A DNA stretch of 55,396 nt from a virus (lineage: Duplodnaviria > Heunggongvirae > Uroviricota > Caudoviricetes): IMG/VR virus record IMGVR_UViG_2721755728_000002; one strand, written 5' to 3'. The position numbers and the translations under genes were made by a program. Numbering within the stretch: the stretch's first letter is position 1; every line of letters begins with the position of its first letter. Below the pieces are notes generated by a model that made no database searches, was not told the origin of the DNA, and saw only the letters and a program-made list of their open reading frames with translations. Below are positions 39,627 to 51,137 of the stretch, piece by piece.

Positions 39627-40370
39627 ATGACACAGACTGAATCAGCGATTCTGGCGCATGCCCGGCGGTGTGCGCCTGCGGAGTCGTGCGGCTTCGTGAT
39701 AAGCACGCCGGAGGGGGAGTGGTATATCCCTTGTGTGAATATTTCTGCAGAGCCGGAGGCGTATTTTCGTATCGCACCGGAAGACTGGCTGCGGGCAGAG
39801 ATGCAGGGGGAGATTGTGGCACTGGTCCACAGTCATCCCGGTGGGCTGCCCTGGCTGAGCGAGGCTGACCGGCGGCTGCAGATAAAAAGTGCACTGTCCT
39901 GGTGGCTGGTCTGCCGGGGGGAAATTCATAAATTCCGCTGTGTGCCACATCTGACAGGACGGCGCTTTGAGCACGGGGTGACGGACTGTTACACGCTGTT
40001 CCGGGATGCATACCATCTGGCGGGAATTGATATGCCGGATTTTGAGCGTGAGGATGACTGGTGGCGCAACGGTCAGAACCTTTACCTGGACAATATGGCG
40101 GTCACCGGCTTTTACCGGGTGCCCCTGTCCTCTGCACAGGCGGGCGATATCCTGCTGTGCTGCTTTGGCGCATCGGTGGCCAATCATGCCGCCATTTACT
40201 GCGGCAACGGTGAACTGCTTCACCATCTGCCTGAACAACTGAGTAAACGGGAGAGGTATTCCGAAAAATGGCAACGACGAACGCATTCTGTCTGGCGTCA
40301 CCGCCACTGGCACGCATCTGCCTTCACGGGGATTTGCAACGATTTGGCCGCCGCCTCAGCCTGTATGTGA
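39627..40370 (+). CDS. K: Tail assembly protein K (MPN/JAB + NlpC/P60)
   Basis: MTQTESAILAHARRCAPAESCGFV... near-identical to lambda K N-terminus; HSHPGG motif. Confidence 0.9.
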   Translation: MTQTESAILAHARRCAPAESCGFVISTPEGEWYIPCVNISAEPEAYFRIAPEDWLRAEMQGEIVALVHSHPGGLPWLSEADRRLQIKSALSWWLVCRGEIHKFRCVPHLTGRRFEHGVTDCYTLFRDAYHLAGIDMPDFEREDDWWRNGQNLYLDNMAVTGFYRVPLSSAQAGDILLCCFGASVANHAAIYCGNGELLHHLPEQLSKRERYSEKWQRRTHSVWRHRHWHASAFTGICNDLAAASACM

Positions 40371-40948
40371 ACACGGCAGCGGAAGCCATCCGTGCCCTGT
40401 CGATGCAGATGCCGGGATTCCGCCGTCAGATGAACGAAGGCTGGTACCAGATACGTATTGCCGGTGAAGACATGGCACCGGAGGCGGTGTATGCCCGCCT
40501 TCACGAACAACTGGGTGAGGGAACGGTCATCCATATTGTGCCGCGACTGGCCGGTGCAGGGAAAGGCGGACTGCAGATTGTGCTGGGGGCGGCAGCCATC
40601 GTGGGCTCTTTCTTCACCGCCGGCGCAACGATGGCGTTATGGGGTTCAGCCCTGGCAGCCGGCGGTTTTTCTGCCACCACGATGCTGTTTTCACTGGGGG
40701 CCAGCATGATACTGGGCGGTGTGGCCCAGATGCTGGCCCCGAAGGCAAAGACGCCGGAGTACAAAAGTACGGATAACGGTAAACAGAACACGTATTTTTC
40801 GTCACTGGACAACATGATTGCCCAGGGGAACCCGATGCCGGTGCCTTACGGTGAAATGCTGGTTGGCTCCCGGCGAATCTCCCAGGACATCAGCACCCGT
40901 GATGAAGGTGGTGGCGGGAAGGTGGTGGTTATCGGGCGGCAGGGGTAA
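40268..40948 (+). CDS. I: Tail assembly protein I
   Basis: Colinear with lambda I (ARICLYGDLQRFGRR..., GAAAIAGSFFTAGAT..., TDNGKQNTYFSSLDNM). Confidence 0.85.
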   Translation: MATTNAFCLASPPLARICLHGDLQRFGRRLSLYVNTAAEAIRALSMQMPGFRRQMNEGWYQIRIAGEDMAPEAVYARLHEQLGEGTVIHIVPRLAGAGKGGLQIVLGAAAIVGSFFTAGATMALWGSALAAGGFSATTMLFSLGASMILGGVAQMLAPKAKTPEYKSTDNGKQNTYFSSLDNMIAQGNPMPVPYGEMLVGSRRISQDISTRDEGGGGKVVVIGRQG

Positions 40949-43900
40949 AGCATAAAAAAATCCCGCAGTGTATGGAGGCTGCGGGAACAGAAAATGAAGA
41001 TTAACCACAGGGGGTTTTGTTTTTATTGGCCCGAAAAAACTGTAACGCCCGGGAATGATATCTGCCACGGGGCGTACAGAAAATGTGAAGAAATTCAGAA
41101 ATTTTATTCCGTCATGACACAGGCACCCTCCGGGGTGCCTGTCGTTTTTGGGGCATAAACAGATTCAGACATCAGACAGGAGAGGGGGACAGAGTGGGTA
41201 AAGGTGGCGGCAGGGCGCACACGCCGGTAGAGGCAAAGGACAATCTTAAGTCCACGCAGATGATGAGCGTGATTGACGCCATTGGTGAAGGGCCGATTGA
41301 AGGTCCGGTGAAGGGGCTGCAGAGTATTCTGGTGAACAAAACCCCGCTGACGGACACGGACGGTAATCCTGTGATACATGGTGTGACAGCGGTCTGGCGC
41401 GCCGGGGAGCAGGAGCAGACACCGCCGGAAGGTTTTGAGTCATCCGGCTCTGAAACCGCACTGGGCGTGGAAGTGACGAAGGCAAAGCCGGTGACGCGCA
41501 CCATTACGTCCGCGAACATTGACCGCCTGCGGGTCACCTTCGGGGTGCAGTCACTGGTGCAGACCACCTCACAGGGTGACCGTAACCCGGCATCCGTCCG
41601 CCTGCTGATTCAGCTGCAGCGTAACGGTAACTGGGTGACGGAAAAGGATGTCACCATTAACGGCAAGACCACCTCACAGTTCCTCGCTTCGGTGATTCTG
41701 GATAATCTGCCTCCCCGCCCCTTTAACATCCGGATGGTCAGGGAGACGGCGGACAGCACCACGGACCAGCTGCAGAATAAGACGCTCTGGTCGTCATACA
41801 CCGAAATCATCGATGTGAAACAGTGCTACCCGAACACGGCGATTGTGGGGCTGCAGGTGGATGCGGAGCAGTTTGGCGGTCAGCAGATGACGGTGAACTA
41901 CCATATCCGAGGTCGCATCATCCAGGTGCCGTCAAACTATGACCCGGAAAAACGCACGTACAGCGGCATCTGGGACGGCAGCCTGAAACCGGCATACAGC
42001 AACAACCCGGCCTGGTGCCTGTGGGACATGCTGACTCACCCGCGCTACGGCATGGGAAAACGTCTGGTGGCGGCGGATGTTGACAAGTGGGCGCTGTATG
42101 CCATTGCGCAGTACTGCGACCAGACGGTCCCGGATGGTTTCGGGGGCACAGAGCCGCGGATGACCTTTAATGCGTACCTGTCACAACAGCGTAAGGCATG
42201 GGATGTGCTCAGTGATTTCTGCTCGGCGATGCGCTGTATGCCGGTATGGAACGGCCAGACGCTGACGTTCGTTCAGGACCGCCCGTCGGATGTGGTGTGG
42301 CCGTACACCAACTGCGATGTGGTGGTGGATGATAACGGCGTGGGGTTTCGCTACAGCTTCAGCGCCCTGAAGGACCGCCACACGGCGGTGGAGGTGAATT
42401 ACACCGACCCGCAGAACGGCTGGCAGACCTCCACGGAACTGGTGGAAGACCCGGAAGCCATACTGCGCTACGGGCGCAACCTGCTGAAGATGGATGCGTT
42501 CGGTTGCACCAGTCGCGGTCAGGCCCACCGTGCCGGGCTGTGGGTGATAAAGACCGGACTGCTGGAAACGCAGACGGTGGATTTCACGCTCGGGTCACAG
42601 GGGCTGCGTCACACACCCGGTGACATTATTGAAATCTGTGATAACGACTATGCCGGGACCATGACCGGCGGACGTATCCTGTCCATCGATGCCGCCAGCC
42701 GCACCCTGACACTGGACCGTGAGGTGACCCTGCCGGAGACAGGTGCCGCCACGGTGAACCTGATTAACGGCAGCGGTAAGCCGGTGAGCGTGGCCATCAC
42801 TGCACACCCCGCGCCGGACCGGATACAGGTCAGCACCCTGCCTGATGGTGTGGAGACATACGGTGTATGGGGACTCTCCCTGCCGTCACTGCGTCGTCGC
42901 CTGTTCCGCTGTGTCTCCATCCGGGAAAACACGGACGGCACCTTTGCCATCACGGCGGTGCAGCACGTACCGGAAAAAGAAGCCATTGTGGATAACGGGG
43001 CCAGCTTTGAGCCACTGTCCGGTTCGCTGAACAGCGTCATCCCGCCGGCTGTGCAGCACCTGACGGTGGAGGTGAGCGCGGCTGACGGTCAGTATCTGGC
43101 ACAGGCGAAATGGGACACGCCGCGGGTGGTGAAGGGTGTGCGCTTCAGTCTGCGCCTGACCAGCGGAAGCGGAGAAGACAGCCGTCTGGTGACCACCGCC
43201 ATCACTGCGGATACAGAGCACCGTTTCAGTGGTCTGCCGCCCGGGGAATACACCCTGACAGTCAGGGCAATTAACAGTTATGGCCAGCAGGGCGAACCGG
43301 CCACCACCACGTTCAGGATTAATGCACCTGCGGTACCCGCCACGATTGAGCTGACACCGGGCTATTTTCAGATAACAGCGGTCCCGCGTCTTGCGGTGTA
43401 TGACCCGACGGTACAGTTTGAGTTCTGGTTTTCGGAGACAAAAATCGCAGACATATCTCAGGTGGAAACCTCTGCCCGTTATCTGGGGACCGGCAGTCAG
43501 TGGAGTGTATCCGGCCCGCACATTAAGCCCGGGAAGGATTTCTGGTTTTACGTGCGCAGCGTCAACCTGGTGGGGAAATCTGCGTTTGTGGAAGTCAGCG
43601 GGCAGCCCAGCAATGATGGTGAAGGGTATCTGGAATTTTTCCGGGAAAAAATAGGAAAACTGCATCTGGCTCAGGGGCTGTGGGAGCTGATAGACAACAG
43701 CCAGCTTGCGGATGAGATGGCGGAGATGAAGACCACCATCACCGAAACCCGCAATGAAATCACACAGACGGTCAGTAAAACGCTGGAGGACCAGAGCGCC
43801 ACCATACAGCAGATACAGCGCGTGCAGAAGGACACAAATGATGACCTTGCTGCACTTTACATGCTGAAGGTACAGAAAACAAAAAATGCCGGTGAAGACA

Positions 43901-46900
43901 TGGCACCGGAGGCGGTGTATGCCCGCCTTCACGAACAACTGGGTGAGGGAACGGTCATCCATATTGTGCCGCGACTGGCCGGTGCAGGGAAAGGCGGACT
44001 GCAGATTGTGCTGGGGGCGGCAGCCATCGTGGGCTCTTTCTTCACCGCCGGCGCAACGATGGCGTTATGGGGTTCAGCCCTGGCAGCCGGCGGTTTTTCT
44101 GCCACCACGATGCTGTTTTCACTGGGGGCCAGCATGATACTGGGCGGTGTGGCCCAGATGCTGGCCCCGAAGGCAAAGACGCCGGAGTACAAAAGTACGG
44201 ATAACGGTAAACAGAACACGTATTTTTCGTCACTGGACAACATGATTGCCCAGGGGAACCCGATGCCGGTGCCTTACGGTGAAATGCTGGTTGGCTCCCG
44301 GCGAATCTCCCAGGACATCAGCACCCGTGATGAAGGTGGTGGCGGGAAGGTGGTGGTTATCGGGCGGCAGGGGTAAAGCATAAAAAAATCCCGCAGTGTA
44401 TGGAGGCTGCGGGAACAGAAAATGAAGATTAACCACAGGGGGTTTTGTTTTTATTGGCCCGAAAAAACTGTAACGCCCGGGAATGATATCTGCCACGGGG
44501 CGTACAGAAAATGTGAAGAAATTCAGAAATTTTATTCCGTCATGACACAGGCACCCTCCGGGGTGCCTGTCGTTTTTGGGGCATAAACAGATTCAGACAT
44601 CAGACAGGAGAGGGGGACAGAGTGGGTAAAGGTGGCGGCAGGGCGCACACGCCGGTAGAGGCAAAGGACAATCTTAAGTCCACGCAGATGATGAGCGTGA
44701 TTGACGCCATTGGTGAAGGGCCGATTGAAGGTCCGGTGAAGGGGCTGCAGAGTATTCTGGTGAACAAAACCCCGCTGACGGACACGGACGGTAATCCTGT
44801 GATACATGGTGTGACAGCGGTCTGGCGCGCCGGGGAGCAGGAGCAGACACCGCCGGAAGGTTTTGAGTCATCCGGCTCTGAAACCGCACTGGGCGTGGAA
44901 GTGACGAAGGCAAAGCCGGTGACGCGCACCATTACGTCCGCGAACATTGACCGCCTGCGGGTCACCTTCGGGGTGCAGTCACTGGTGCAGACCACCTCAC
45001 AGGGTGACCGTAACCCGGCATCCGTCCGCCTGCTGATTCAGCTGCAGCGTAACGGTAACTGGGTGACGGAAAAGGATGTCACCATTAACGGCAAGACCAC
45101 CTCACAGTTCCTCGCTTCGGTGATTCTGGATAATCTGCCTCCCCGCCCCTTTAACATCCGGATGGTCAGGGAGACGGCGGACAGCACCACGGACCAGCTG
45201 CAGAATAAGACGCTCTGGTCGTCATACACCGAAATCATCGATGTGAAACAGTGCTACCCGAACACGGCGATTGTGGGGCTGCAGGTGGATGCGGAGCAGT
45301 TTGGCGGTCAGCAGATGACGGTGAACTACCATATCCGAGGTCGCATCATCCAGGTGCCGTCAAACTATGACCCGGAAAAACGCACGTACAGCGGCATCTG
45401 GGACGGCAGCCTGAAACCGGCATACAGCAACAACCCGGCCTGGTGCCTGTGGGACATGCTGACTCACCCGCGCTACGGCATGGGAAAACGTCTGGTGGCG
45501 GCGGATGTTGACAAGTGGGCGCTGTATGCCATTGCGCAGTACTGCGACCAGACGGTCCCGGATGGTTTCGGGGGCACAGAGCCGCGGATGACCTTTAATG
45601 CGTACCTGTCACAACAGCGTAAGGCATGGGATGTGCTCAGTGATTTCTGCTCGGCGATGCGCTGTATGCCGGTATGGAACGGCCAGACGCTGACGTTCGT
45701 TCAGGACCGCCCGTCGGATGTGGTGTGGCCGTACACCAACTGCGATGTGGTGGTGGATGATAACGGCGTGGGGTTTCGCTACAGCTTCAGCGCCCTGAAG
45801 GACCGCCACACGGCGGTGGAGGTGAATTACACCGACCCGCAGAACGGCTGGCAGACCTCCACGGAACTGGTGGAAGACCCGGAAGCCATACTGCGCTACG
45901 GGCGCAACCTGCTGAAGATGGATGCGTTCGGTTGCACCAGTCGCGGTCAGGCCCACCGTGCCGGGCTGTGGGTGATAAAGACCGGACTGCTGGAAACGCA
46001 GACGGTGGATTTCACGCTCGGGTCACAGGGGCTGCGTCACACACCCGGTGACATTATTGAAATCTGTGATAACGACTATGCCGGGACCATGACCGGCGGA
46101 CGTATCCTGTCCATCGATGCCGCCAGCCGCACCCTGACACTGGACCGTGAGGTGACCCTGCCGGAGACAGGTGCCGCCACGGTGAACCTGATTAACGGCA
46201 GCGGTAAGCCGGTGAGCGTGGCCATCACTGCACACCCCGCGCCGGACCGGATACAGGTCAGCACCCTGCCTGATGGTGTGGAGACATACGGTGTATGGGG
46301 ACTCTCCCTGCCGTCACTGCGTCGTCGCCTGTTCCGCTGTGTCTCCATCCGGGAAAACACGGACGGCACCTTTGCCATCACGGCGGTGCAGCACGTACCG
46401 GAAAAAGAAGCCATTGTGGATAACGGGGCCAGCTTTGAGCCACTGTCCGGTTCGCTGAACAGCGTCATCCCGCCGGCTGTGCAGCACCTGACGGTGGAGG
46501 TGAGCGCGGCTGACGGTCAGTATCTGGCACAGGCGAAATGGGACACGCCGCGGGTGGTGAAGGGTGTGCGCTTCAGTCTGCGCCTGACCAACGGAAGCGG
46601 AGAAGACAGCCGTCTGGTGACCACCGCCATCACTGCGGATACAGAGCATCGTTTCAGTGGTCTGCCGCTCGGGGAATACACCCTGACAGTCAGGGCAATT
46701 AACAGGTATGGCCAGCAGGGCGAACCGGCCACCACCACCTTCCGGATTAACGCGCCAGCAAAACCCGCCACCATTGAACTGACGCCGGGGTATTTTCAGA
46801 TAACGGCGGTCCCGCGTCTTGCGGTGTATGACCCGACGGTACAGTTTGAGTTCTGGTTTTCGGAGGCAAAAATCGCAGACACATCTCAGGTGGAAACCTC

Positions 46901-47318
46901 TGCCCGTTATCTGGGGACCGGCAGTCAGTGGAGTGTATCCGGCCCGCACATTAAGCCCGGGAAGGATTTCTGGTTTTACGTGCGCAGCGTCAACCTGGTG
47001 GGGAAATCTGCGTTTGTGGAAGTCAGCGGGCAGCCCAGCAATGATGGTGAAGGGTATCTGGAATTTTTCCGGGAAAAAATAGGAAAACTGCATCTGGCTC
47101 AGGGGCTATGGGAGCTGATAGACAACAGCCAGCTTGCGGATGAGATGGCGGAGATGAAGACCACCATCACCGAAACCCGCAATGAAATCACACAGACGGT
47201 CAGTAAAACGCTGGAAGACCAGAGCGCCACCATTCAGCAGATACAGCGCGTGCAGAAGGACACAAATGATGACCTGGCTGCGCTGTACATGCTGAAGGTT
47301 CAAAAAACGAAAGACGGC
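40463..47318 (+). repeat. Tandem direct repeat, 2 x ~3428 bp (I 3' part + intergenic + J 5' ~2.7 kb)
   Basis: Six-frame ORFs recur with 3428-bp offset (e.g. 40458/43886, 41194/44622); proximal ~2.7 kb appears identical, distal ~730 bp differs at scattered positions. Confidence 0.8.
41194..44376 (+). CDS. Chimeric ORF: J N-terminal ~890 aa fused in frame to I C-terminal ~170 aa
   Basis: Lambda J-like through ...LKVQKTK, then switches to I sequence AGEDMAPEAVYARL... and ends with the I C-terminus. Confidence 0.7.
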   Translation: MGKGGGRAHTPVEAKDNLKSTQMMSVIDAIGEGPIEGPVKGLQSILVNKTPLTDTDGNPVIHGVTAVWRAGEQEQTPPEGFESSGSETALGVEVTKAKPVTRTITSANIDRLRVTFGVQSLVQTTSQGDRNPASVRLLIQLQRNGNWVTEKDVTINGKTTSQFLASVILDNLPPRPFNIRMVRETADSTTDQLQNKTLWSSYTEIIDVKQCYPNTAIVGLQVDAEQFGGQQMTVNYHIRGRIIQVPSNYDPEKRTYSGIWDGSLKPAYSNNPAWCLWDMLTHPRYGMGKRLVAADVDKWALYAIAQYCDQTVPDGFGGTEPRMTFNAYLSQQRKAWDVLSDFCSAMRCMPVWNGQTLTFVQDRPSDVVWPYTNCDVVVDDNGVGFRYSFSALKDRHTAVEVNYTDPQNGWQTSTELVEDPEAILRYGRNLLKMDAFGCTSRGQAHRAGLWVIKTGLLETQTVDFTLGSQGLRHTPGDIIEICDNDYAGTMTGGRILSIDAASRTLTLDREVTLPETGAATVNLINGSGKPVSVAITAHPAPDRIQVSTLPDGVETYGVWGLSLPSLRRRLFRCVSIRENTDGTFAITAVQHVPEKEAIVDNGASFEPLSGSLNSVIPPAVQHLTVEVSAADGQYLAQAKWDTPRVVKGVRFSLRLTSGSGEDSRLVTTAITADTEHRFSGLPPGEYTLTVRAINSYGQQGEPATTTFRINAPAVPATIELTPGYFQITAVPRLAVYDPTVQFEFWFSETKIADISQVETSARYLGTGSQWSVSGPHIKPGKDFWFYVRSVNLVGKSAFVEVSGQPSNDGEGYLEFFREKIGKLHLAQGLWELIDNSQLADEMAEMKTTITETRNEITQTVSKTLEDQSATIQQIQRVQKDTNDDLAALYMLKVQKTKNAGEDMAPEAVYARLHEQLGEGTVIHIVPRLAGAGKGGLQIVLGAAAIVGSFFTAGATMALWGSALAAGGFSATTMLFSLGASMILGGVAQMLAPKAKTPEYKSTDNGKQNTYFSSLDNMIAQGNPMPVPYGEMLVGSRRISQDISTRDEGGGGKVVVIGRQG

Positions 47319-48098
47319 ATACCCTATGTTGCCGGGATTGGAGCGGGGATTGAGGATACTGATGGCCAGTCACTGAGCAACATACTGCTGCTGGCTGACC
47401 GTATCGCGATGATAAATCCGGAGAGCGGCAACAGCACGCCGTTATTTGTGGCGCAGGGGAATCAGCTGTTCATGAACGACGTGTTCCTGAAACGACTGTT
47501 TGCGGTGAGTATCACGTCATCCGGCAACCCCCCGACGTTTTCCCTGACGCCGGAAGGGAAGCTGACAGCCAGGAACGCGGATATCAGCGGAGCAATTACC
47601 GCGAATACCGGCACGCTCAATAATGTCACCATTAACGAGAACTGTGTCATCAGAGGGAAACTGTCTGCAAACCAGATTGAAGGCGACCTGGTGAAGACGG
47701 TGGGGAAAGCCTTTCCCCGGAATAACAGTTATGCCAGCGGGACGGTAACCGTCACAGTTTACGATGACCAGGGCTTCGACCGGCAGATTATCATTCCCCC
47801 GGTGCTGTTTCGCGGGACGAAACACCAGAATTTCAACAGCCCGAATCAGCAGTCGTACTGGTATTCCACCTGTAAGCTGCAGGTGCTGAAGAACGGGGTT
47901 GAGATTTTCCATGAACCGGCAACGGATGTCAGCCGGGTGTTCTCATCGGTGATAGATATGCCGGCAGGGCGGGGTCATGTCACCCTGACGTTTAATGTGT
48001 CGTCGGCCGGTGCGAACAACTGGACGCCGACAACGTACATCAGTGATTTACTGGTTGTGGTCATGAAAAAATCCACGGCAGGGATCAGTATCAGCTGA
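44622..48098 (+). CDS. J: Tail tip / host specificity protein J
   Basis: 1158 aa colinear with lambda J along its full length; GTG start with AGGAGAGGGGG RBS. Confidence 0.9.
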   Translation: MGKGGGRAHTPVEAKDNLKSTQMMSVIDAIGEGPIEGPVKGLQSILVNKTPLTDTDGNPVIHGVTAVWRAGEQEQTPPEGFESSGSETALGVEVTKAKPVTRTITSANIDRLRVTFGVQSLVQTTSQGDRNPASVRLLIQLQRNGNWVTEKDVTINGKTTSQFLASVILDNLPPRPFNIRMVRETADSTTDQLQNKTLWSSYTEIIDVKQCYPNTAIVGLQVDAEQFGGQQMTVNYHIRGRIIQVPSNYDPEKRTYSGIWDGSLKPAYSNNPAWCLWDMLTHPRYGMGKRLVAADVDKWALYAIAQYCDQTVPDGFGGTEPRMTFNAYLSQQRKAWDVLSDFCSAMRCMPVWNGQTLTFVQDRPSDVVWPYTNCDVVVDDNGVGFRYSFSALKDRHTAVEVNYTDPQNGWQTSTELVEDPEAILRYGRNLLKMDAFGCTSRGQAHRAGLWVIKTGLLETQTVDFTLGSQGLRHTPGDIIEICDNDYAGTMTGGRILSIDAASRTLTLDREVTLPETGAATVNLINGSGKPVSVAITAHPAPDRIQVSTLPDGVETYGVWGLSLPSLRRRLFRCVSIRENTDGTFAITAVQHVPEKEAIVDNGASFEPLSGSLNSVIPPAVQHLTVEVSAADGQYLAQAKWDTPRVVKGVRFSLRLTNGSGEDSRLVTTAITADTEHRFSGLPLGEYTLTVRAINRYGQQGEPATTTFRINAPAKPATIELTPGYFQITAVPRLAVYDPTVQFEFWFSEAKIADTSQVETSARYLGTGSQWSVSGPHIKPGKDFWFYVRSVNLVGKSAFVEVSGQPSNDGEGYLEFFREKIGKLHLAQGLWELIDNSQLADEMAEMKTTITETRNEITQTVSKTLEDQSATIQQIQRVQKDTNDDLAALYMLKVQKTKDGIPYVAGIGAGIEDTDGQSLSNILLLADRIAMINPESGNSTPLFVAQGNQLFMNDVFLKRLFAVSITSSGNPPTFSLTPEGKLTARNADISGAITANTGTLNNVTINENCVIRGKLSANQIEGDLVKTVGKAFPRNNSYASGTVTVTVYDDQGFDRQIIIPPVLFRGTKHQNFNSPNQQSYWYSTCKLQVLKNGVEIFHEPATDVSRVFSSVIDMPAGRGHVTLTFNVSSAGANNWTPTTYISDLLVVVMKKSTAGISIS

Positions 48099-48117
48099 CG
48101 GTTTATTAACCCGGACG

Positions 48118-48142
48118 GGCACCTCAGGAGGTGCCTTTTTTA
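48118..48142 (+). terminator. Rho-independent terminator after J
   Basis: ggcacctc-agga-ggtgcc followed by ttttttatt. Confidence 0.45.
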
Positions 48143-48166
48143 TTGACTGAAAACAAAGAGGTAATC

Positions 48167-48790
48167 ATGCGGCATTTATACGCAACGATATTATTGTTTA
48201 CTACCCTGCTGGCAGGAATTGCCTTTCCTGCACAGGCTGAAAGCGGACACGGTGCATTTTCCGTGGGATATGCTCAGGTTCACCCGGGCGGCGTACCGGC
48301 ATTGTCCGGTACCGGTGCGCGTGCAGGTGATTTAAAAGGGATTAATGTGAAATACCGTTATGAGTTCACGGATCACCTGGGCGGCATTGTCGCGCTGAGT
48401 TATGCATCGGTGAAGAAAAGTGACACGATGAAGACGGGTGAAAATACCTTCCATTATGAAAGCCTGCGCGGTCGTTATGTCAGTCTGATGGCCGGCCCTG
48501 TCTGGCAGCTCAGTGAGCGGGTCAGTCTCTATGGCATGGCCGGGATGGCGTACACCCGCTGGTCTGACAGTGTTCAGGATTACCGGCGTGATGAAGTGAA
48601 ACCGGGGTATGTGAAGGAGACCACCACCGCCAGTGATGGTCATACTGCGCGTCATCTGTCGCCGGCCTGGAATGCCGGGATTCAGTTCAGTCCCGTAGAG
48701 ACGGTGGTTATTGACCTTGCTTATGAAGGTTCCGGCAGTGGCGACTGGCGCACTGACGGTTTCATCGTGGGTGTCGGCTATAAATTCTGA
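48167..48790 (+). CDS. lom: Outer membrane protein Lom (Ail/Lom family)
   Basis: Signal peptide MRHLYATILLFTTLLAGIAFPAQA and beta-barrel C-terminal GVGYKF; position after J as in lambda. Confidence 0.85.
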   Translation: MRHLYATILLFTTLLAGIAFPAQAESGHGAFSVGYAQVHPGGVPALSGTGARAGDLKGINVKYRYEFTDHLGGIVALSYASVKKSDTMKTGENTFHYESLRGRYVSLMAGPVWQLSERVSLYGMAGMAYTRWSDSVQDYRRDEVKPGYVKETTTASDGHTARHLSPAWNAGIQFSPVETVVIDLAYEGSGSGDWRTDGFIVGVGYKF

Positions 48791-48854
48791 TTAGCCAGGT
48801 AACACAGTGTTATGACAGCCCGCCGGTTCAGGCGGGCTTTTTTGTGGGGTGAAT

Positions 48855-50177
48855 ATGGCAGTAAAGATTTCAGGTGTACTGAAAGACGGCACAGGAAAAC
48901 CGGTACAGAACTGCACAATCCAGCTGAAAGCAAAACGTAACAGCACCACGGTGGTGGTGAACACGCTGGCCTCAGAAAATCCGGATGAAGCCGGGCGTTA
49001 CAGCATGGACGTTGAGTACGGTCAGTACAGCGTTATTCTGTTGGTGGAAGGGGTCCCGCCGTCACATGCCGGGACCATCACCGTGTATGAAGATTCTCAG
49101 CCGGGTACGCTGAATGATTTTCTCGGTGCCATGACGGAGGAGGATGCCCGGCCGGAGGCACTGCGCCGTTTTGAACAGATGGTGGAAGAGGTGGCGCGTC
49201 ACGCTGAGGAGGCGAAGAAGAATGCCGGAGAGGCGGAGACGTCCGCGAGGAATGCCGGCATATCAGCCAGTCAGGCAGAAGAGAGCGCTGCAAATGCTGA
49301 CACTTCAGCAGGGGAGGCATCGGAGTCAGCCCGGCAGGCGGCAGAAAGTGCAGCCTCAGCAAAGCAGTCAGAGGATGCGTCCTCGTCCTCGGCTTCTGCG
49401 GCCGCTCAAAAAGCCAGTGAGTCATCACAAAGTGCAGCAGAAGCTGAATTGTCAAGAAAGACGGCAGAAAGTGCAGCCGGTAATGCAGCCAGGGATGCAA
49501 CGACCGCAACAGAAAAAGCCCGGGAGTCAGCAGAAAGCGCACAGTCAGCGGAACAAAGCAGGATAGCGGCGGAAGAAGCCGTAAACCGAATCCCCACAGT
49601 GGTGGGGCCACCCGGGCCAAAGGGAGAACCGGGGCCCGCGGGTCCTCAGGGGCCGAAGGGAGATAAAGGAGAGCGTGGCGACACCGGTCCTGTCGGGGCA
49701 ACCGGTGAACGGGGACCGGCAGGTGATGCTGGTCCGGCAGGCCCGCAGGGGCCGAAAGGCGACAGGGGAGAGCGGGGAGAGACCGGTCTGACGGGAAATG
49801 CAGGTCCACAGGGTCCAAAGGGAGATACCGGTGCGGCAGGCCCGGCAGGCCCGGCAGGCCCACAGGGACCGAAAGGAGAAACAGGTGCGGCTGGCCCGGT
49901 GGGGGCAACCGGACCTCAGGGACCGAAGGGCGACCCGGGGGAGACACAAATCCGTTTTCGTCTGGGGCCGGCGAGCATTATTGAGACAAACAGCAATGGC
50001 TGGTTCCCGGGTACAGATGGTGCGCTCATCACCGGACTGACCTTTCTTGACCCCAAAGATGCCACACAGGTTCAGGGGCTGTTTCAGCATTTGCAGGTCA
50101 GGTTTGGTGACGGGCCGTGGCAGGATGTTAAGGGGCTGGATGAAGTGGGCAGTGATACAGGCAGAACAGGAGAATGA
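48855..50177 (+). CDS. stf: Side tail fibre-like protein with collagen-like Gly-X-Y repeats
   Basis: N-terminus [26 protein letters not shown]... matches lambda Stf N-terminus; ~110 aa of GXY repeats. Confidence 0.8.
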   Translation: MAVKISGVLKDGTGKPVQNCTIQLKAKRNSTTVVVNTLASENPDEAGRYSMDVEYGQYSVILLVEGVPPSHAGTITVYEDSQPGTLNDFLGAMTEEDARPEALRRFEQMVEEVARHAEEAKKNAGEAETSARNAGISASQAEESAANADTSAGEASESARQAAESAASAKQSEDASSSSASAAAQKASESSQSAAEAELSRKTAESAAGNAARDATTATEKARESAESAQSAEQSRIAAEEAVNRIPTVVGPPGPKGEPGPAGPQGPKGDKGERGDTGPVGATGERGPAGDAGPAGPQGPKGDRGERGETGLTGNAGPQGPKGDTGAAGPAGPAGPQGPKGETGAAGPVGATGPQGPKGDPGETQIRFRLGPASIIETNSNGWFPGTDGALITGLTFLDPKDATQVQGLFQHLQVRFGDGPWQDVKGLDEVGSDTGRTGE

Positions 50178-50178
50178 C

Positions 50179-50448
50179 ATGAACATACTAAAAAAACTTA
50201 TGCAGCGTCTGTGCGGTTGCGGAAAGCATGATGGCCGTGAACACGGGCAGTCGCTTACAGTACAACTGCGACTGGGACCGGCAGACATTCTGGAGTCCGA
50301 TGAGAGTGGCATTATCCCGGAGCAGGACAGGGTAATCACGCAGGTGGTGATACTGGATGCGGATAAAAAGCAGATACAGTGTGTGGTAAGACCGCTGCAA
50401 ATTCTGCGTGCTGACGGGACGTGGGAAAATATTGGCGGGATGAAGTAA
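50179..50448 (+). CDS. Small protein homologous to the C-terminal tip of the Stf-like fibre
   Basis: 89 aa; LTVQLRLGPADILESDESG... aligns with the fibre C-terminus [18 protein letters not shown]... Confidence 0.45.
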   Translation: MNILKKLMQRLCGCGKHDGREHGQSLTVQLRLGPADILESDESGIIPEQDRVITQVVILDADKKQIQCVVRPLQILRADGTWENIGGMK

Positions 50449-50461
50449 CCCGACGGATTCA

Positions 50462-50490
50462 CAAAAACCGGAGTCCGGCTCCGGTTTTTG
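50462..50490 (+). terminator. Rho-independent terminator
   Basis: ccggag-tc-cggctccgg followed by tttttgttg; exact copy recurs at 51336-51364. Confidence 0.5.
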
Positions 50491-50561
50491 TTGTCATGTA
50501 TGGGGGCTGTTTGTTATGACTCCCTGTGTTTGGAATGAATATTTAAATAGGGAGTTTTGTC

Positions 50562-51137
50562 ATGCCGTTAACATCAGCTATTGCATCCAATTCATTTTCC
50601 ACCGGAATGCAGGTTCTTCGTGCTCAAATGGCCGCCAGTGGCGGTGGAGAAATTACAGTAGGCGGGCAGACGGTCCGTATCACATATAGTGAAACGGATG
50701 GTCGCTTTCTGGCGAGTGGGGGCAATAACAGTTTGCTTTCTGGATTATTACTTACAGGGCTTAATGGTGGTCCTGAAGCGCTCAGGGATATAATGTTAAG
50801 AATGGTTTCAGGTTCAGGTAACACACAATCACATGGTGATATTGAGGGGAAAATATCACAATGTAAGTTTTCTGTTAATACGGAGAGCCTTCAGTGTCCA
50901 TCCGAGGCGGTTCGATGCCCAATTATACTGGATAAACCAGAAGAAGGTGTGTTTGTTAAAAATTCAGAAGGTTCTTTGGTTTGTACCTTATTTGATTCGG
51001 TTTCTTTTTCTCATTTGGTTCGCGACGGTGGGAAGCACCCGCTAACACGAGAACCAATAACGTCATCAATGATTGTAAGTCAAGAACAATGTATTTATGA
51101 CCAAACCAAAGGAAACTTTGTCATAAAGGATAAGTGA
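50562..51137 (+). CDS. nleG: NleG-family type III effector (U-box E3 ligase-like)
   Basis: 191 aa; C-terminal conserved block CPIILDKPEEGVFVKNSEG...CTLFD...HPLTREPIT. Confidence 0.8.
   Translation: MPLTSAIASNSFSTGMQVLRAQMAASGGGEITVGGQTVRITYSETDGRFLASGGNNSLLSGLLLTGLNGGPEALRDIMLRMVSGSGNTQSHGDIEGKISQCKFSVNTESLQCPSEAVRCPIILDKPEEGVFVKNSEGSLVCTLFDSVSFSHLVRDGGKHPLTREPITSSMIVSQEQCIYDQTKGNFVIKDK

Noticed and set aside
40949-41193. Inverted repeat tcccgcag...ctgcggga after gene I as a terminator
   Set aside because: Not followed by a T-run and sits inside the late operon just before J; more likely an RNA structural element, duplicated along with the tandem repeat.
49600-49960. Highly regular short repeats that could be mistaken for a CRISPR array or a simple-sequence repeat
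   Set aside because: They are in-frame Gly-X-Y collagen-like codons inside the tail-fibre ORF, with no repeat-spacer architecture.
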